From contig CAVYBN010000009.1 in NCBI GenBank assembly GCA_963766795.1, positions 14,740-78,739 of the forward strand: 64,000 nt of DNA, given 5' to 3'. The position numbers were made by a program, and so were the translations under genes. Positions 19,003-30,912 of the stretch are shown here, piece after piece (the first letter of the stretch is position 1; the number at the start of each line of letters is the position of its first letter). The notes beneath the pieces are model-generated. The model did no database searches. It had not been told where the DNA came from and saw nothing but the letters and a program-made list of their open reading frames with translations. This DNA comes from Candidatus Parcubacteria bacterium (GTDB lineage Bacteria; Patescibacteriota; Minisyncoccia; Phycocordibacterales; PALSA-1337).

Positions 19003-19389
19003 ATGTACACTCTAATCGCCATCTTCTACGTTTCCCTCCTCGCCATGATCGCCATGGTGGCTTTCAAGCGCCATGAGATGAAGACCGGCAACCCGAGCTT
19101 CGTCTCCAAGGCCGGCGCCCAGAGCGACCACGTATTCCAAGCCTTCTTTTCCGTCATCCGCCGCGTCCTCGCGTATTTCAATCGCCGCACATTCGCGGCC
19201 CTGGTCCAGTGGCTGGCTTTCCACGTATTGAAATTCTTCCGCACGCTCTATGTCGAGATCAAGCACCGCTTCATCTCGACTGATCACGGCAAGAAGCTCA
19301 TCGACGCCGTGCGCGGCCGCGGCGAATTGAGCGACCACGGTGCCTCGTTCTTTCTGCGCAACATCGCGGCGGAAGGGAAGCGCTCATAG
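19003..19389 (+). CDS. Hypothetical membrane protein
   Basis: 128-aa ORF with an N-terminal TM. GC content and codon usage look like the core genes. Confidence 0.55.
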   Translation: MYTLIAIFYVSLLAMIAMVAFKRHEMKTGNPSFVSKAGAQSDHVFQAFFSVIRRVLAYFNRRTFAALVQWLAFHVLKFFRTLYVEIKHRFISTDHGKKLIDAVRGRGELSDHGASFFLRNIAAEGKRS

Positions 19390-19461
19390 AATCGATAGTA
19401 GACAGTCATCAGTAAACAGTGAAGTCTGCCGGTCTCGCGGGACACAGCTTTGAGATATGCG

Positions 19462-19490
19462 TTGATTGGTATGCCAATACCTGTTAAATT
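19462..19490 (+). promoter_or_regulatory. Sigma-70-like promoter upstream of tRNA-Thr (TTGATT-17-TAAATT)
   Basis: Hexamers with a 17-nt spacer, about 55 nt upstream of the tRNA. Confidence 0.35.
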
Positions 19491-19543
19491 GTCATAGTCG
19501 ATCGTAATTTTTGACTTTTGAGTTTTGAATTTTGAGTTAACTT

Positions 19544-19616
19544 GCCGCCTTAGCTCAGTTGGTAGAGCAACGCTTTTGTAAAGCGAAGGTCCCCAGTTCA
19601 AGCCTGGGAGGCGGCT
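19544..19616 (+). tRNA. tRNA-Thr (anticodon UGU)
   Basis: Manual cloverleaf: acceptor GCCGCCT/AGGCGGC, D arm GCTC-AGTTGGTA-GAGC, anticodon loop TTTGTAA, T arm CCCAG-TTCAAGC-CTGGG. 73 nt, no encoded CCA. Confidence 0.9.
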
Positions 19617-19665
19617 CCTAGAAAAACTTAAAACTCAAAAGTCAAAATTCAAAACTGCCAGCCAG

Positions 19666-20850
19666 ATGAAATATCCCGTCTTTTCTGGTAGAGTTATGGG
19701 CATTCCCATGAGACGCAATATCGTCATAACCGACAAGGATGAGCAGAAGATTTTGAAGACGCTGGAGAAGCGCACCGACTTCAAGAGTCTGCGCATGAAG
19801 CGTCTTTTGGCCTTGCCGGATCTGACGAAAAAAACCGATTCACCCGTGAAGATCCTGGTTGATCGGATCTTAGATCTGCCGAGATTTAAGGATTTCGACA
19901 CAGTGGATTTCCCGCGTATCGTTACCGTAGAGCAAGATTTCGACCTCTTGAACACGCCCAAGGACCACCCCAGCCGGCGCGAGACTGACACCTATTATGT
20001 CGACGAGACGCACCTCCTGCGCACGCAGATGACCGCTTTCTGGTCATTCTATCTGAAGGATTCCGAGGTCTTGAAGCGATTGGAGACGGAAGGGGAGATC
20101 AAGGCGCTGTCTCCCGGCATCGTATTCAGGAAAGATGAGATAGATCGGCATCATTTCCCGGCTTTCCATCAGATCGACGGATTATTGATCTGCAAGAAAT
20201 CAAAGAAGGTCATCACACAGAATGACTTGAAAGATGTCCAAGCGGATCTGGCCAAGGGCATATTCGGGCCCAAGATCGAATACAAATTCTTGGACGACGA
20301 TTTCCCGTACACTGTCGAGAGCCTCGAGATGGACATCATGTTCAACAGGGCATGGCTCGAAGTCAACGGCGCCGGCCTGGTCAATCCAGTGGTGCTCCGA
20401 AATTTCGGCATCGACCCCGAGATCTACAACGGCTGGGCTTTCGGCTTCGGCGAGCGGCTGGCCATGATCAAGATGGGCATCCCCGACATCCGCATCCTCT
20501 GGTCCGATGACCCGCGCATCACCCGGCAATTCAAGGACATAGATTCCAAATACAAGGAAGTCAGCAAGTATCCGTCCACCTTGCGCGACATCTCTTTCGT
20601 CGTCGACAAGGGCGTCAGCCTGAACAATTATTTCGAGATCGTCCGCGAATACGCCGGCAACCTGATCGAAGAAGCCAAATTGCTCGACACATACGAGAAT
20701 CCCGAGAAATTCGGCGCCGGCAAGGTCAGCTACACCTTCCGCATCGTATATTGCTCGCCGGAGCGCACGCTCACCAACGACGAAGTTAATTCGATTCAAG
20801 ACAAGATTCGCACCAAGACCGAGAGCGAGCTCAAAGCGGTGTTGAGGTAA
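19666..20850 (+). CDS. pheS: Phenylalanine--tRNA ligase, single-chain type: PheS catalytic core plus a C-terminal FDX-ACB anticodon-binding domain
   Basis: Class II motifs (DHPSRRETDTYY, FRKDEIDRHHFPAFHQIDG, GWAFGFGERLAMIKMGIPDIRILW), followed by SKYPSTLRDISFVV...KVSYTFRIVYCSPERTLTNDEV. The start codon is uncertain. Confidence 0.9.
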   Translation: MKYPVFSGRVMGIPMRRNIVITDKDEQKILKTLEKRTDFKSLRMKRLLALPDLTKKTDSPVKILVDRILDLPRFKDFDTVDFPRIVTVEQDFDLLNTPKDHPSRRETDTYYVDETHLLRTQMTAFWSFYLKDSEVLKRLETEGEIKALSPGIVFRKDEIDRHHFPAFHQIDGLLICKKSKKVITQNDLKDVQADLAKGIFGPKIEYKFLDDDFPYTVESLEMDIMFNRAWLEVNGAGLVNPVVLRNFGIDPEIYNGWAFGFGERLAMIKMGIPDIRILWSDDPRITRQFKDIDSKYKEVSKYPSTLRDISFVVDKGVSLNNYFEIVREYAGNLIEEAKLLDTYENPEKFGAGKVSYTFRIVYCSPERTLTNDEVNSIQDKIRTKTESELKAVLR

Positions 20851-21048
20851 TACACAGGTTCGACCTGTGTAGAGAGTAAAAAAGCAAAAAGAAAATTCTG
20901 ACACAAAATTTCCTCGCACGGAACTTGTGCGGAAATGATTTCCTTTGATACAATTGTCGCACATACATATCTAATTGGCGGGACTGACTGCCAGCAATTC
21001 CGCATCACGCAATTTGTCTCCGGATCATTTCGATTATAAGAATAAGCA

Positions 21049-21333
21049 TTGTCATATATGTCTAAAGACGCAATACTCTCACCCATGCAACCTAATTATG
21101 TAAATAAAGAAGAGTTCGGAAGATTTTCTCAAAAGATCGATAAGAAATTCGACGAGCAGAAGGATTATATGGATGGAGGTTTCAAGCAGGCTTTCAAGCA
21201 GATTGATGCCGTTGAAAGCCATCTGGGAAAGAAGATAGATTTATTGGCAGGTGATGTTTCGTGGCTCAAGAGATCGATGGGAAAGGTGTTGATCAATATG
21301 GACAAAGTGATGGATAAATTGGGAGTATCATGA
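21049..21333 (+). CDS. Hypothetical coiled-coil protein
   Basis: 94-aa ORF in an AT-rich islet with heptad-like charged sequence. A hairpin follows it. Confidence 0.45.
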   Translation: MSYMSKDAILSPMQPNYVNKEEFGRFSQKIDKKFDEQKDYMDGGFKQAFKQIDAVESHLGKKIDLLAGDVSWLKRSMGKVLINMDKVMDKLGVS

Positions 21334-21392
21334 GCTATGACAAAAAACCGCCTCTCCTTTTGAAGGGAGAGGTCGGGTGAAAAACAATCACT

Positions 21393-21785
21393 CTATTGTT
21401 CTGCCCACTCTAACTCGTAATGGGCGGAAACAATTTCCGCAACTTTCTCCAACGCTTCCCAACGGAAGCTGATGGAAGCCTCGTAGTTCCTTGCAGAAGG
21501 AGGCATGTTCTCTAGATCCTCCTCTGCTTCCAAGTCTGGGTTCCAGAACGACCTGAGGTATCCCAGGGGGTATGTTCCCGGGATCTCATTGATTGAGGCA
21601 GGTCGTTGAGTTCCCAGAAGCTTTCCAATTATGGAATTTATATCCGGCAAGGAGCCGTCACCCCCTGCGATTACGGTCACTTCATTTCCTTCCATAACTG
21701 TTTTTCCGAGGTGTATTGAGGCCAGTGCTCCCGCATTGCACACTAATGCGTACACCTTTCCTGGGATCCAATTCATTTTCTTCAT
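21393..21785 (-). CDS. Hypothetical protein
   Basis: 130-aa ORF in an AT-rich islet. The hairpin at 21350-21371 with a T-run on the minus strand fits a terminator. Confidence 0.45.
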   Translation of the reverse strand: MKKMNWIPGKVYALVCNAGALASIHLGKTVMEGNEVTVIAGGDGSLPDINSIIGKLLGTQRPASINEIPGTYPLGYLRSFWNPDLEAEEDLENMPPSARNYEASISFRWEALEKVAEIVSAHYELEWAEQ

Positions 21786-22113
21786 ATTTTCTTTCTACCA
21801 ATAATTGAGGCTTATTGGTCAGCCTTATTTCAAAGGGTAAGGACGTATTTTGTCCCGACCTAACGAGTGTACACATTTGGTGTAAACCCATCTCAAATCT
21901 TTTTCTATTGTATCATATATCAATATCTTTGTCAATCGGCCAATAGGTGAATTTACCAAGCAAACGCGATACTTGCAGAAATAATCGCAAACTACTTGCA
22001 ATGTGTATAATTCCAGCCTTTATTTAAGCCATATTTTAATGATTTTAACGCGTGCAATTTGGCTTTGATTCTGGTACAATGGAGGCACAAAAGCCTCGCG
22101 CTTTTTTCTTTGA

Positions 22114-24300
<2,187 letters not shown>

Positions 24301-24305
24301 TAACA

Positions 24306-25088
24306 ATGGCAAATCTTTTTAAGGACGCCGCTAAATACTATAAGTACAGGCCAGAATATCCTGTTGTTCTTATCAAGTTGATAAGCTCCAAGCTTGGTTT
24401 GAATGGAAAAGGGAACCTCCTTGATATCGGCAGTGGTACTGGCTATTTATCAATTCCGCTTAGCAATAGATTCGAGCATGTCTTTGCGGTCGATATCGAT
24501 GCGGGCATGCTTGCTGAAGGAGAAAATAAGGCTTCAGCGCTGGATATAAAAAATATCGATTGGATTAACAAACCTGCTGAAGAATTGTCTGATGATTTCA
24601 ATGACGTAAGAGTGGTTTCGTTCGGATATTCGCTTCATTGGCTAGATCCAGAAAAAATCTTAGCCTATGCATACAGATTGCTTCCAAAGGGTGGAGCAGT
24701 TCTCATCATTTCAGGTACGACGATCTGGAGATATGCTCCGCAATTATGGAAACAGAAGACTTTAGAAGTGATCAAAAGATATCTGGGGCCAGATCGGTTG
24801 ACTCTCAATGGAAAATATAAGCCTCCAAAATATTCGTTCGAGCAGTCCCTTGAAGCCTCAGGTTTTAAGAGATTGCAGTCGTTTGAGTTCAATTATCCGA
24901 CACAAATACTAAGTGCAGATGATATCATCGGTATCCTCCATAGCACCTCATATGCAGCCCCCGCGCTCTTCAAAGATAAGCTTGCCGATTTTGACGACGA
25001 ATTAAGATCAGAATTATTGAAGATCACTCCGGATAACAAGTTTGATTCACAAGACAAAGACTCGATCTTGATTGGCTGGAAGATTTGA
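24306..25088 (+). CDS. Class I SAM-dependent methyltransferase
   Basis: Motif I LLDIGSGTGYLS, then FAVDID. 260 aa, AT-rich. Confidence 0.85.
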   Translation: MANLFKDAAKYYKYRPEYPVVLIKLISSKLGLNGKGNLLDIGSGTGYLSIPLSNRFEHVFAVDIDAGMLAEGENKASALDIKNIDWINKPAEELSDDFNDVRVVSFGYSLHWLDPEKILAYAYRLLPKGGAVLIISGTTIWRYAPQLWKQKTLEVIKRYLGPDRLTLNGKYKPPKYSFEQSLEASGFKRLQSFEFNYPTQILSADDIIGILHSTSYAAPALFKDKLADFDDELRSELLKITPDNKFDSQDKDSILIGWKI

Positions 25089-25519
25089 CCACCCTCGTCT
25101 CAATCGTTAGATCTCTTTCTTCGCCAGAATCAAAAAGAGCATAAGGACGATCACGAGGAGCGCTCCCAATATATAAAAGTTGACCATAAAATTTGTTATG
25201 CTATTTTCCATAATGTTTATCGAGAAAGATAGATGCTTAATGACCAGCATGTTACTGTCATGGAGAGTCCAGACAGAACCAAAAGCCCATTGGTCGTTTG
25301 TCCGACGATCGGCTCGATGAGTATCGACGCCAAGAATACTTGGCCGGCGTCATTCAAAACCTCTCGAATTGTCGCTATTCTGCCTCTGGTAATATTGATC
25401 ATTGGATTATTTTTTAAAGGAACACAATCCAATCGCTTGATAATGCACATATGATACGCCTAAAAACATCCGAGTCAATATTTACGGAAAAGAAAAATTG
25501 TTTTCTGCTATGAATTTTC

Positions 25520-26083
25520 CTACGCCGTTCTGACTTTGAGCTTCGACTGGCGCTTCTTGTCGAGCTTGGGCAATTTCAATATGAGCAAGCCGTGCTTCTC
25601 GATGGCTTCGGCGGCATCTACGTCGATCTCCTCCGGTAAAGCCACCGTCCGCGAGAATGAGCCCCAATAGAGCTCGCGGGTGAAATAATCATTGTCTTCG
25701 GCCACGCGCTCTTCTTCTCGCTTGCCGCGGACAGTCACGCTGTCGCGGGTGATGGAGACGTCGAGGTCTTCGGGACGGACGCCTGCGATCATGCTCTTCA
25801 CGACGATCATGTCTGGCGTCTGGTAGACGTCCACGGTCAGCTCGGCCTCCTTGTCGGTGTCCTCGTCGATCCATTGCGAGAGGCTTTCGCCGCGTCCGCC
25901 ATCCGCCGACTGGCGGAGCGGATTGCCGTTCTTGCCATTCGCTCGAGCGAGGGACTTCGCGTGCTCCACTGCTCCACGGCCGTTGCCGTCGGTGGACAGC
26001 CGCCTCGTCTCCTCGGGCGCGTCTTCATCCATGCGCACTGCTCCGGTCAAACGCTCGAAGAAGGATCTTTTATCTTTGGACAT
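25520..26083 (-). CDS. Hsp20/alpha-crystallin family small heat-shock protein
   Basis: Alpha-crystallin domain: LTVDVYQTPDMIVVKSMIAGVRPEDLDVSITRDSVTVRGKRE...GSFSRTVALPEEID...HGLLILKLPK. Confidence 0.9.
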   Translation of the reverse strand: MSKDKRSFFERLTGAVRMDEDAPEETRRLSTDGNGRGAVEHAKSLARANGKNGNPLRQSADGGRGESLSQWIDEDTDKEAELTVDVYQTPDMIVVKSMIAGVRPEDLDVSITRDSVTVRGKREEERVAEDNDYFTRELYWGSFSRTVALPEEIDVDAAEAIEKHGLLILKLPKLDKKRQSKLKVRTA

Positions 26084-26165
26084 GATGGTTAGGGGAGATT
26101 GTTGTTAGGAGGCTATTATAGCACTATCAGGCTATTGAGGTTAAGGGGTGGGGATTACCACTAAA

Positions 26166-26364
26166 ATTTCTAATTGACCTAATTACCTAATTTCTAAGAA
26201 AATATCAAATCCCAAAAATCAAATTCCAGAAAAATCTCAATGTTCAAATTTCAAAAGTCATTGTATTATTTTGATTATTGAATTTCGGAGCTTCTCTGGA
26301 ATCTGTGATTTGAATTTTGAAATTTTAATCATTGATTGGGATTTAGAACTTTTTAGGTCAATTT
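26166..26364. repeat. Family A long AT-rich imperfect palindrome, copy 2
   Basis: tttctaattgacctaattacctaatttctaa...caaattccagaaaaatctcaa // ggagcttctctggaatctgtgatttg...ttaggtcaatt. Confidence 0.75.
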
Positions 26365-26372
26365 CCAGCCTT

Positions 26373-27068
26373 TCAATTCTCCGCCAGCTTCGGTCTTACC
26401 GCCTTTACCTCTTCGAACAGGACTATCAGAAGGACTACCGCTCCCCAGACCCAGCCGAAAGCCTTGATCGTGTCGGCTGAGCTGGCGCTAGTGATGGCGA
26501 TGTTGAAAGAAGCATGAATCGCTATGGCGGCGATGAGACCCACGACCAGAAGAGAGGCTTTGGCCAGCCAGCCGCGGTAATAGGCCTCGCCCAGCGCGAA
26601 GCCGATGAACGCGGAGCTCACCGTATGCACCAGTGTGGCTCCGATGAAGCGCATGTTTCCGGTGACGATGCCGGCGGCCAAGTCTCCGCCCGAGAGCGGC
26701 TGCATGATGAAGAATATGTTCTCCAGTGCGGCGAAGCCCAGAGCCACGGCGATGCAGTAGATCATGGCGTCGATCGGCTCGTCGTTGGAGCGGGCATGCA
26801 GGGCCACCGCCGCCACTGCCGTGAATTTGAGGATCTCCTCGATGGCCGCCCAAAGCGTGTAGCGCCACGACGGGTCGCTCAACATGTCCGCCACGAAGCG
26901 CTCGGCTGGGATGGCGAACAATACCGCCAGCATTCCGGCCAGGAAACAGCCGGCTAGGAGCGATTTCGGTTCCGGTTGCTCATGGTCTTCGCGAGTCCAG
27001 AAGAAGAGCCAGACGAGCGACGGCACCAGTCCGGCGGTCGCGGCGTAGATGAATTCGGAGCCTGTCAT
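26373..27068 (-). CDS. PrsW-family intramembrane metalloprotease
   Basis: Multi-TM protein with AAIEEILKF, ALGFAALENIFF and ATLVHTVSSAF motifs. ATG at 27068 preferred; the track ORF extends to 27230. Confidence 0.72.
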   Translation of the reverse strand: MTGSEFIYAATAGLVPSLVWLFFWTREDHEQPEPKSLLAGCFLAGMLAVLFAIPAERFVADMLSDPSWRYTLWAAIEEILKFTAVAAVALHARSNDEPIDAMIYCIAVALGFAALENIFFIMQPLSGGDLAAGIVTGNMRFIGATLVHTVSSAFIGFALGEAYYRGWLAKASLLVVGLIAAIAIHASFNIAITSASSADTIKAFGWVWGAVVLLIVLFEEVKAVRPKLAEN

Positions 27069-27245
27069 GGCGTAAGTATACAAGATGATAGCCCCCATTG
27101 ACAAATATGGTGATATCTGATAGTAAGAAGATAAAGCAGATTTCGAGTTTTTTGAATCTGTAAGGAAAACACCGAGGAAACGGCTTGCTTTGTGGAATTG
27201 CAGGTCAATCTCGGTATCGTTAGAGTCCATTGAAAATTGAGAATT

Positions 27246-28298
27246 ATGAAAACAAAAGCACTGATAACATCATTGGTTGCCTCGGCAACCATCGTTTTGG
27301 CTACTAACGCGGCCGAGACAATCACACCGCCCCCTACGGGCGATTCGGTAACATCCAGCGCGGTGAATGCAAACGTCAAAAAAGGTTTGCAAGCCGCCGG
27401 CATCAAGGCGAATGTATTGGCCAGCGGCCAGCCCGCCGTTGTGTCGGTCACGCCGTTGTTGATGGTGAACATCGATTCACCGTCGTGGCCGGCGGCGGCC
27501 GACAAGGCCATCGCTGATGCTCTGGCTGGTACGATCACAACGCGCACCAGTATCACTGTTCCCACGGATTATGCCATCTGTGATTTCAAGATTGCTTGGT
27601 CTAATCTGGTTGAAAGCACGACGGTTCCAATGTGGGGCGGCATGCTGAACCCGCCTTCTCCGTTCAACAATGAATTGGGAGGGCCATTGGTCTGGCAATT
27701 GCTCGACGCTCGAGCGACTTCCGGACAAAATGAATTGTCGTTGGACATGCTGTCATTGACGACAGTTTCGAGCGACGGGAATGCTCTCGGCGATACGATC
27801 AGTTTCAACGGCGATTCGTATACCGCCCGGGCCATTGCAATCAATGCCAACGGCACTACGAACAGTAGCGGCGTTGCCTCAGAAAAAGGGGTTCGGGTTC
27901 TAGCATTGACCTGCACGAAGCTCTTTAATGGTGGCGACACACAGGATCGTCTGACTGCCGTGAACACCTGGGTGAATCAGAAGTCTCCTTACAAGATCAC
28001 CTACACCGCCATGGTCGGCGGAGACGGAACAACAGCATCATTCGCAACTGTGTCAACGATTACGCCGCCAGTCTTGCCGGCCGCACCGACATTGGCGATC
28101 GTCAACAACGGGAACGGATCCGGGATTATCTCATTGTCCGGCGCTACGGCGACGGAACAATACCAGATTCTCTCGAGCGCCTCGGTGCTTGGACCTTGGT
28201 CACTGGTCGGATTGGTCACTGCGAATGGCGCAGGGAAGGGTTCACTGGCCATCACAGCCGGTGCCTCGGCACAGTTCTACCGCGCCAAGGCGCAGTAA
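27246..28298 (+). CDS. Secreted hypothetical protein
   Basis: Signal peptide MKTKALITSLVASATIVLATNA. C-terminal beta-rich module ends ..QYQILSSASVLGPWSLVG...AQFYRAKAQ. A terminator follows. Confidence 0.6.
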   Translation: MKTKALITSLVASATIVLATNAAETITPPPTGDSVTSSAVNANVKKGLQAAGIKANVLASGQPAVVSVTPLLMVNIDSPSWPAAADKAIADALAGTITTRTSITVPTDYAICDFKIAWSNLVESTTVPMWGGMLNPPSPFNNELGGPLVWQLLDARATSGQNELSLDMLSLTTVSSDGNALGDTISFNGDSYTARAIAINANGTTNSSGVASEKGVRVLALTCTKLFNGGDTQDRLTAVNTWVNQKSPYKITYTAMVGGDGTTASFATVSTITPPVLPAAPTLAIVNNGNGSGIISLSGATATEQYQILSSASVLGPWSLVGLVTANGAGKGSLAITAGASAQFYRAKAQ

Positions 28299-28330
28299 TC
28301 AGCGCTTAACGCTGATTGAAATCTACAAGT

Positions 28331-28362
28331 CCCCGGGAATAGCATTTCCCGGGGCCTTTTCT
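28331..28362 (+). terminator. Intrinsic terminator
   Basis: ccccgggaa-tagca-tttcccgggg followed by ccttttctt. Confidence 0.6.
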
Positions 28363-28509
28363 TATGTGTGCCTCATATACGAAGATTCCGAAAATAGGCC
28401 TTGACTTTTTTAGCCAGTATGGTATACAGAGCGAACGCTACCGTTAACATCAATTGTAATGCCGGTGCGATTATAAGGCTTAAATTATAGGTTTAATCGA
28501 TTAAATCAC

Positions 28510-29457
28510 ATGAATAAGAACAAATTTATCAGCTTGGTTTGCGCGGCACTCATCGCCATTCCGGCTGTTGCCGTAGCCCAATCTGCTCCGGCAGCTGGGG
28601 ATTCCGTCTCGAGCGCGTCTGTTTCTGCCGCTCCCTCGACCGGAGGTTCTGTATCGTCCGCTTCTTCGGATTCCGCTCCGTCTACTGGCGGTTCTGTTTC
28701 CAGCGCCAGCTCCGGATCGGCTCCTTCTACCGGCGGCTCATCTTCGTCTGCTAGTTCAGGTTCAGCTCCTTCTACCGGCGGATCTGTTTCCAGCGCCGGA
28801 CAGGGAGCTTCACCCGTCACTCCCGCTCCGACACCGACCCCTGCCGGCGGCTCTTCCGGCTCTTCCGGTTCCAGCGGTTCTTACTCCGGCGGCGGTTCGT
28901 ACGGCGGCTACTCTTCCGGTGGATCGTCGGTGGTTCCGGTTGCCGGCTTCTGCCCGTTCGTGAGCGATCTCATGAGCCCCGGCGCTTCTAACGACGCTGT
29001 CCAAGTCTCCAAGCTCCAGGCTTTCCTCAAAGACACCGAGGGATACGATGTCGACGTGAACGGGGCTTTCGACCGGAAGACCGAGGCCGCCGTCATCGCC
29101 TTCCAGACCAAGTATATGTCCGACATCATGGGCCCTTGGGGCGCCACCAAAGCTTCCGGCACGGTCTATCTCACCACACTGAAAAAGATCAATGAGATCG
29201 CTTGCAGCACGGCTCTCAATCTGACCGTCTCCGATCTCGCGATCATCAACGCTTACAAGCAGGGCAATTCAGCCTCGGCCGTTTCCGGAACGGTCGGCGT
29301 GAATCAGAATGCGAATAGCGTCGTCGCTGTCGGTTCCGCTGTCACCGCTTCTACTTCAGGCTCTGACATTCTCTCCACCGGCAATCCGAACGTCGCCGCC
29401 GTCGGTCAAGCTTCCATCTTTACCCGCTTCTGGAATTTCCTGAAGAGTTTGTTCTAA
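28510..29457 (+). CDS. Secreted protein with a Ser-rich tandem repeat and a peptidoglycan-binding (PG_binding_1-like) domain
   Basis: Signal peptide. About 4 tandem 16-aa units APSTGGSVSSASSGS (48-bp period, about 28630-28800). Then VSKLQAFLKDTEGYDVDVNGAFDRKTEAAVIAFQTKY. Confidence 0.7.
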   Translation: MNKNKFISLVCAALIAIPAVAVAQSAPAAGDSVSSASVSAAPSTGGSVSSASSDSAPSTGGSVSSASSGSAPSTGGSSSSASSGSAPSTGGSVSSAGQGASPVTPAPTPTPAGGSSGSSGSSGSYSGGGSYGGYSSGGSSVVPVAGFCPFVSDLMSPGASNDAVQVSKLQAFLKDTEGYDVDVNGAFDRKTEAAVIAFQTKYMSDIMGPWGATKASGTVYLTTLKKINEIACSTALNLTVSDLAIINAYKQGNSASAVSGTVGVNQNANSVVAVGSAVTASTSGSDILSTGNPNVAAVGQASIFTRFWNFLKSLF

Positions 29458-29461
29458 TCAT

Positions 29462-29548
29462 AAAAATCTCAAATTCCAAAGATCAAATTCCAGAGAAGCT
29501 CCAAATCTCAAAGATCAATTAATATATGTATCTTTGAAATTTGAAATC
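29462..29548. repeat. Family A element, short copy 3
   Basis: aaaaatctcaaattccaaagatcaaattccagagaagctccaaatctcaaagatcaa ... tctttgaaatttgaaatc. Confidence 0.6.
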
Positions 29549-30852
29549 TAGCATGTTCCTAACTGCTTGGTGCCATGCGCCCGGATCCGCCAGCTGGCGG
29601 AACCGGGCGTTTTGGCATCCAAATGATGCAATGCGCCGGCCACGGCTATCATCAGGGCATTATCGCCGGATATGTGGCGAGATGGCAGGAATATAGGGAT
29701 CCCATATTCTGCCGCGGTCTTTTCGAACCTTTGTCGGAGCATATGATTGGCGCTGACGCCGCCGCCGACGATGATCGACTGCGCGCCGGACTTCTCGACG
29801 GCCGTGCGCAGCTTGCCGTCGAGCGTGTCGGCCACGGCCTGCTCGAATTCACGGGCCAGGCCTTTTTTGAAATCGTCAGTCAGCTCAAAATGATCGGTCG
29901 TCGAAGGGGGAGTCGCTGCTTTTTGGATCGCCGCGTCTCGCACGGCATAGAGCACGGCCGTCTTCAGGCCTGCGAATGAGAAATCCAGATCGCCGCTTTT
30001 GAGCATCGGACGAGGGAGTTTGACCGGCGAAGAGATCTTTTCTTCCCAGGCTTTGTGCGACAATTCAGCCAAATGCGGTCCGCCCGGATATGGCAACCCG
30101 AGCAATCGTGCCGCCTTGTCGAAGGCTTCGCCCACCGCGTCATCTTTTGTCCGGCCTAGAATCTCGTAATCGCCGAGCTTCGAGACCTTCACCAATTCCG
30201 TATGCCCGCCGCTGATGAGCAAGGCAACGGCTGGTAAGGGAGCGTCATAGAGCCCTTGCCAGACGCCATTGGCAACGTCTGACGGCAATAACGATCCAAG
30301 GATGTGTCCCTCCATATGGTCGACCGGAATGATAGGCACTTCCCAGAGCGCCGCGAGCATCCGGGCAAAATTGATGCCCACCCAGAGCGTCGGTTCCAAG
30401 CCCGGCCCTTCGGTCACGGCAATGCGGTCTATCGGTGGTATGGTTTTCAGAAAATCAGCGCCGGCGAACGATTCGAATAATTCAGGATTCTGCCGCTCCA
30501 CGTCTGCACGGAAAGATTCGAGTATGGCTTTGAATTGAAGATCAGTGAGTGGATTCTCAGAGGTCGGACCTCCGTCCGGATGACCCCTAGGTCCGACCTC
30601 GGAAAATCCGCCGCCTTCAATAAGCAGCTTGTGAAGCAGCGGCACGATATTCTTGCCGTGCTCGCGCTTGGCCAGAGTAGGGAAGACGCCGCCGTAAGCG
30701 CTGTGCAGTTCCGCCTGCGAATGCACCAGCGACTGTATGACGCGGCATTCGAGCCGGCCGCCGCTTCCGTCAGCGGTAGCTCCATGTCCGCGAGTTTCAA
30801 TAAGAGCCAGCGCCGTCTCATCGCATGAAGTCTCGATGCCGAGGATGATCAT
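29548..30852 (-). CDS. tsaD: tRNA N6-adenosine threonylcarbamoyltransferase TsaD (expanded, about 434 aa)
   Basis: ILGIETSCDETALALIE, HMEGHIL, LLISGGHTELV, IIVGGGVSAN. ATG at 30852 preferred. It carries a large internal insertion that includes a REP doublet. Confidence 0.9.
   Translation of the reverse strand: MIILGIETSCDETALALIETRGHGATADGSGGRLECRVIQSLVHSQAELHSAYGGVFPTLAKREHGKNIVPLLHKLLIEGGGFSEVGPRGHPDGGPTSENPLTDLQFKAILESFRADVERQNPELFESFAGADFLKTIPPIDRIAVTEGPGLEPTLWVGINFARMLAALWEVPIIPVDHMEGHILGSLLPSDVANGVWQGLYDAPLPAVALLISGGHTELVKVSKLGDYEILGRTKDDAVGEAFDKAARLLGLPYPGGPHLAELSHKAWEEKISSPVKLPRPMLKSGDLDFSFAGLKTAVLYAVRDAAIQKAATPPSTTDHFELTDDFKKGLAREFEQAVADTLDGKLRTAVEKSGAQSIIVGGGVSANHMLRQRFEKTAAEYGIPIFLPSRHISGDNALMIAVAGALHHLDAKTPGSASWRIRAHGTKQLGTC
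29586..29601. repeat. 16-bp palindrome TCCGCCAGCTGGCGGA (perfect)
   Basis: Lies in the TsaD C-terminal tail and is read as G-SASWR-I. Confidence 0.95.
30560..30600. repeat. REP doublet (family B, GAGGTCGGACCT core) lying in frame inside tsaD
   Basis: gaggtcggacctc (30560-72) and aggtccgacctc (30589-600) are inverted. Translated as ..EVGPRGHPDGGPTSE.. within a TsaD insertion. Confidence 0.8.
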
Positions 30853-30912
30853 GACGCCAGTATATACTTTCCAGGCGTTTGGTGTATAGTAGTGTCGGAA
30901 AGTTGAAAATTT

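Noticed and set aside
28600-28800. Regularly spaced 48-bp direct repeats that could superficially suggest a CRISPR-like array. The clustered hairpin repeats in spacers raise the same question.
   Set aside because: The 48-bp units are contiguous with no spacers. They lie in frame within a signal-peptide-bearing ORF, where they encode APSTGGSVSSASSGS. No repeat-spacer periodicity and no cas genes occur anywhere in the window.
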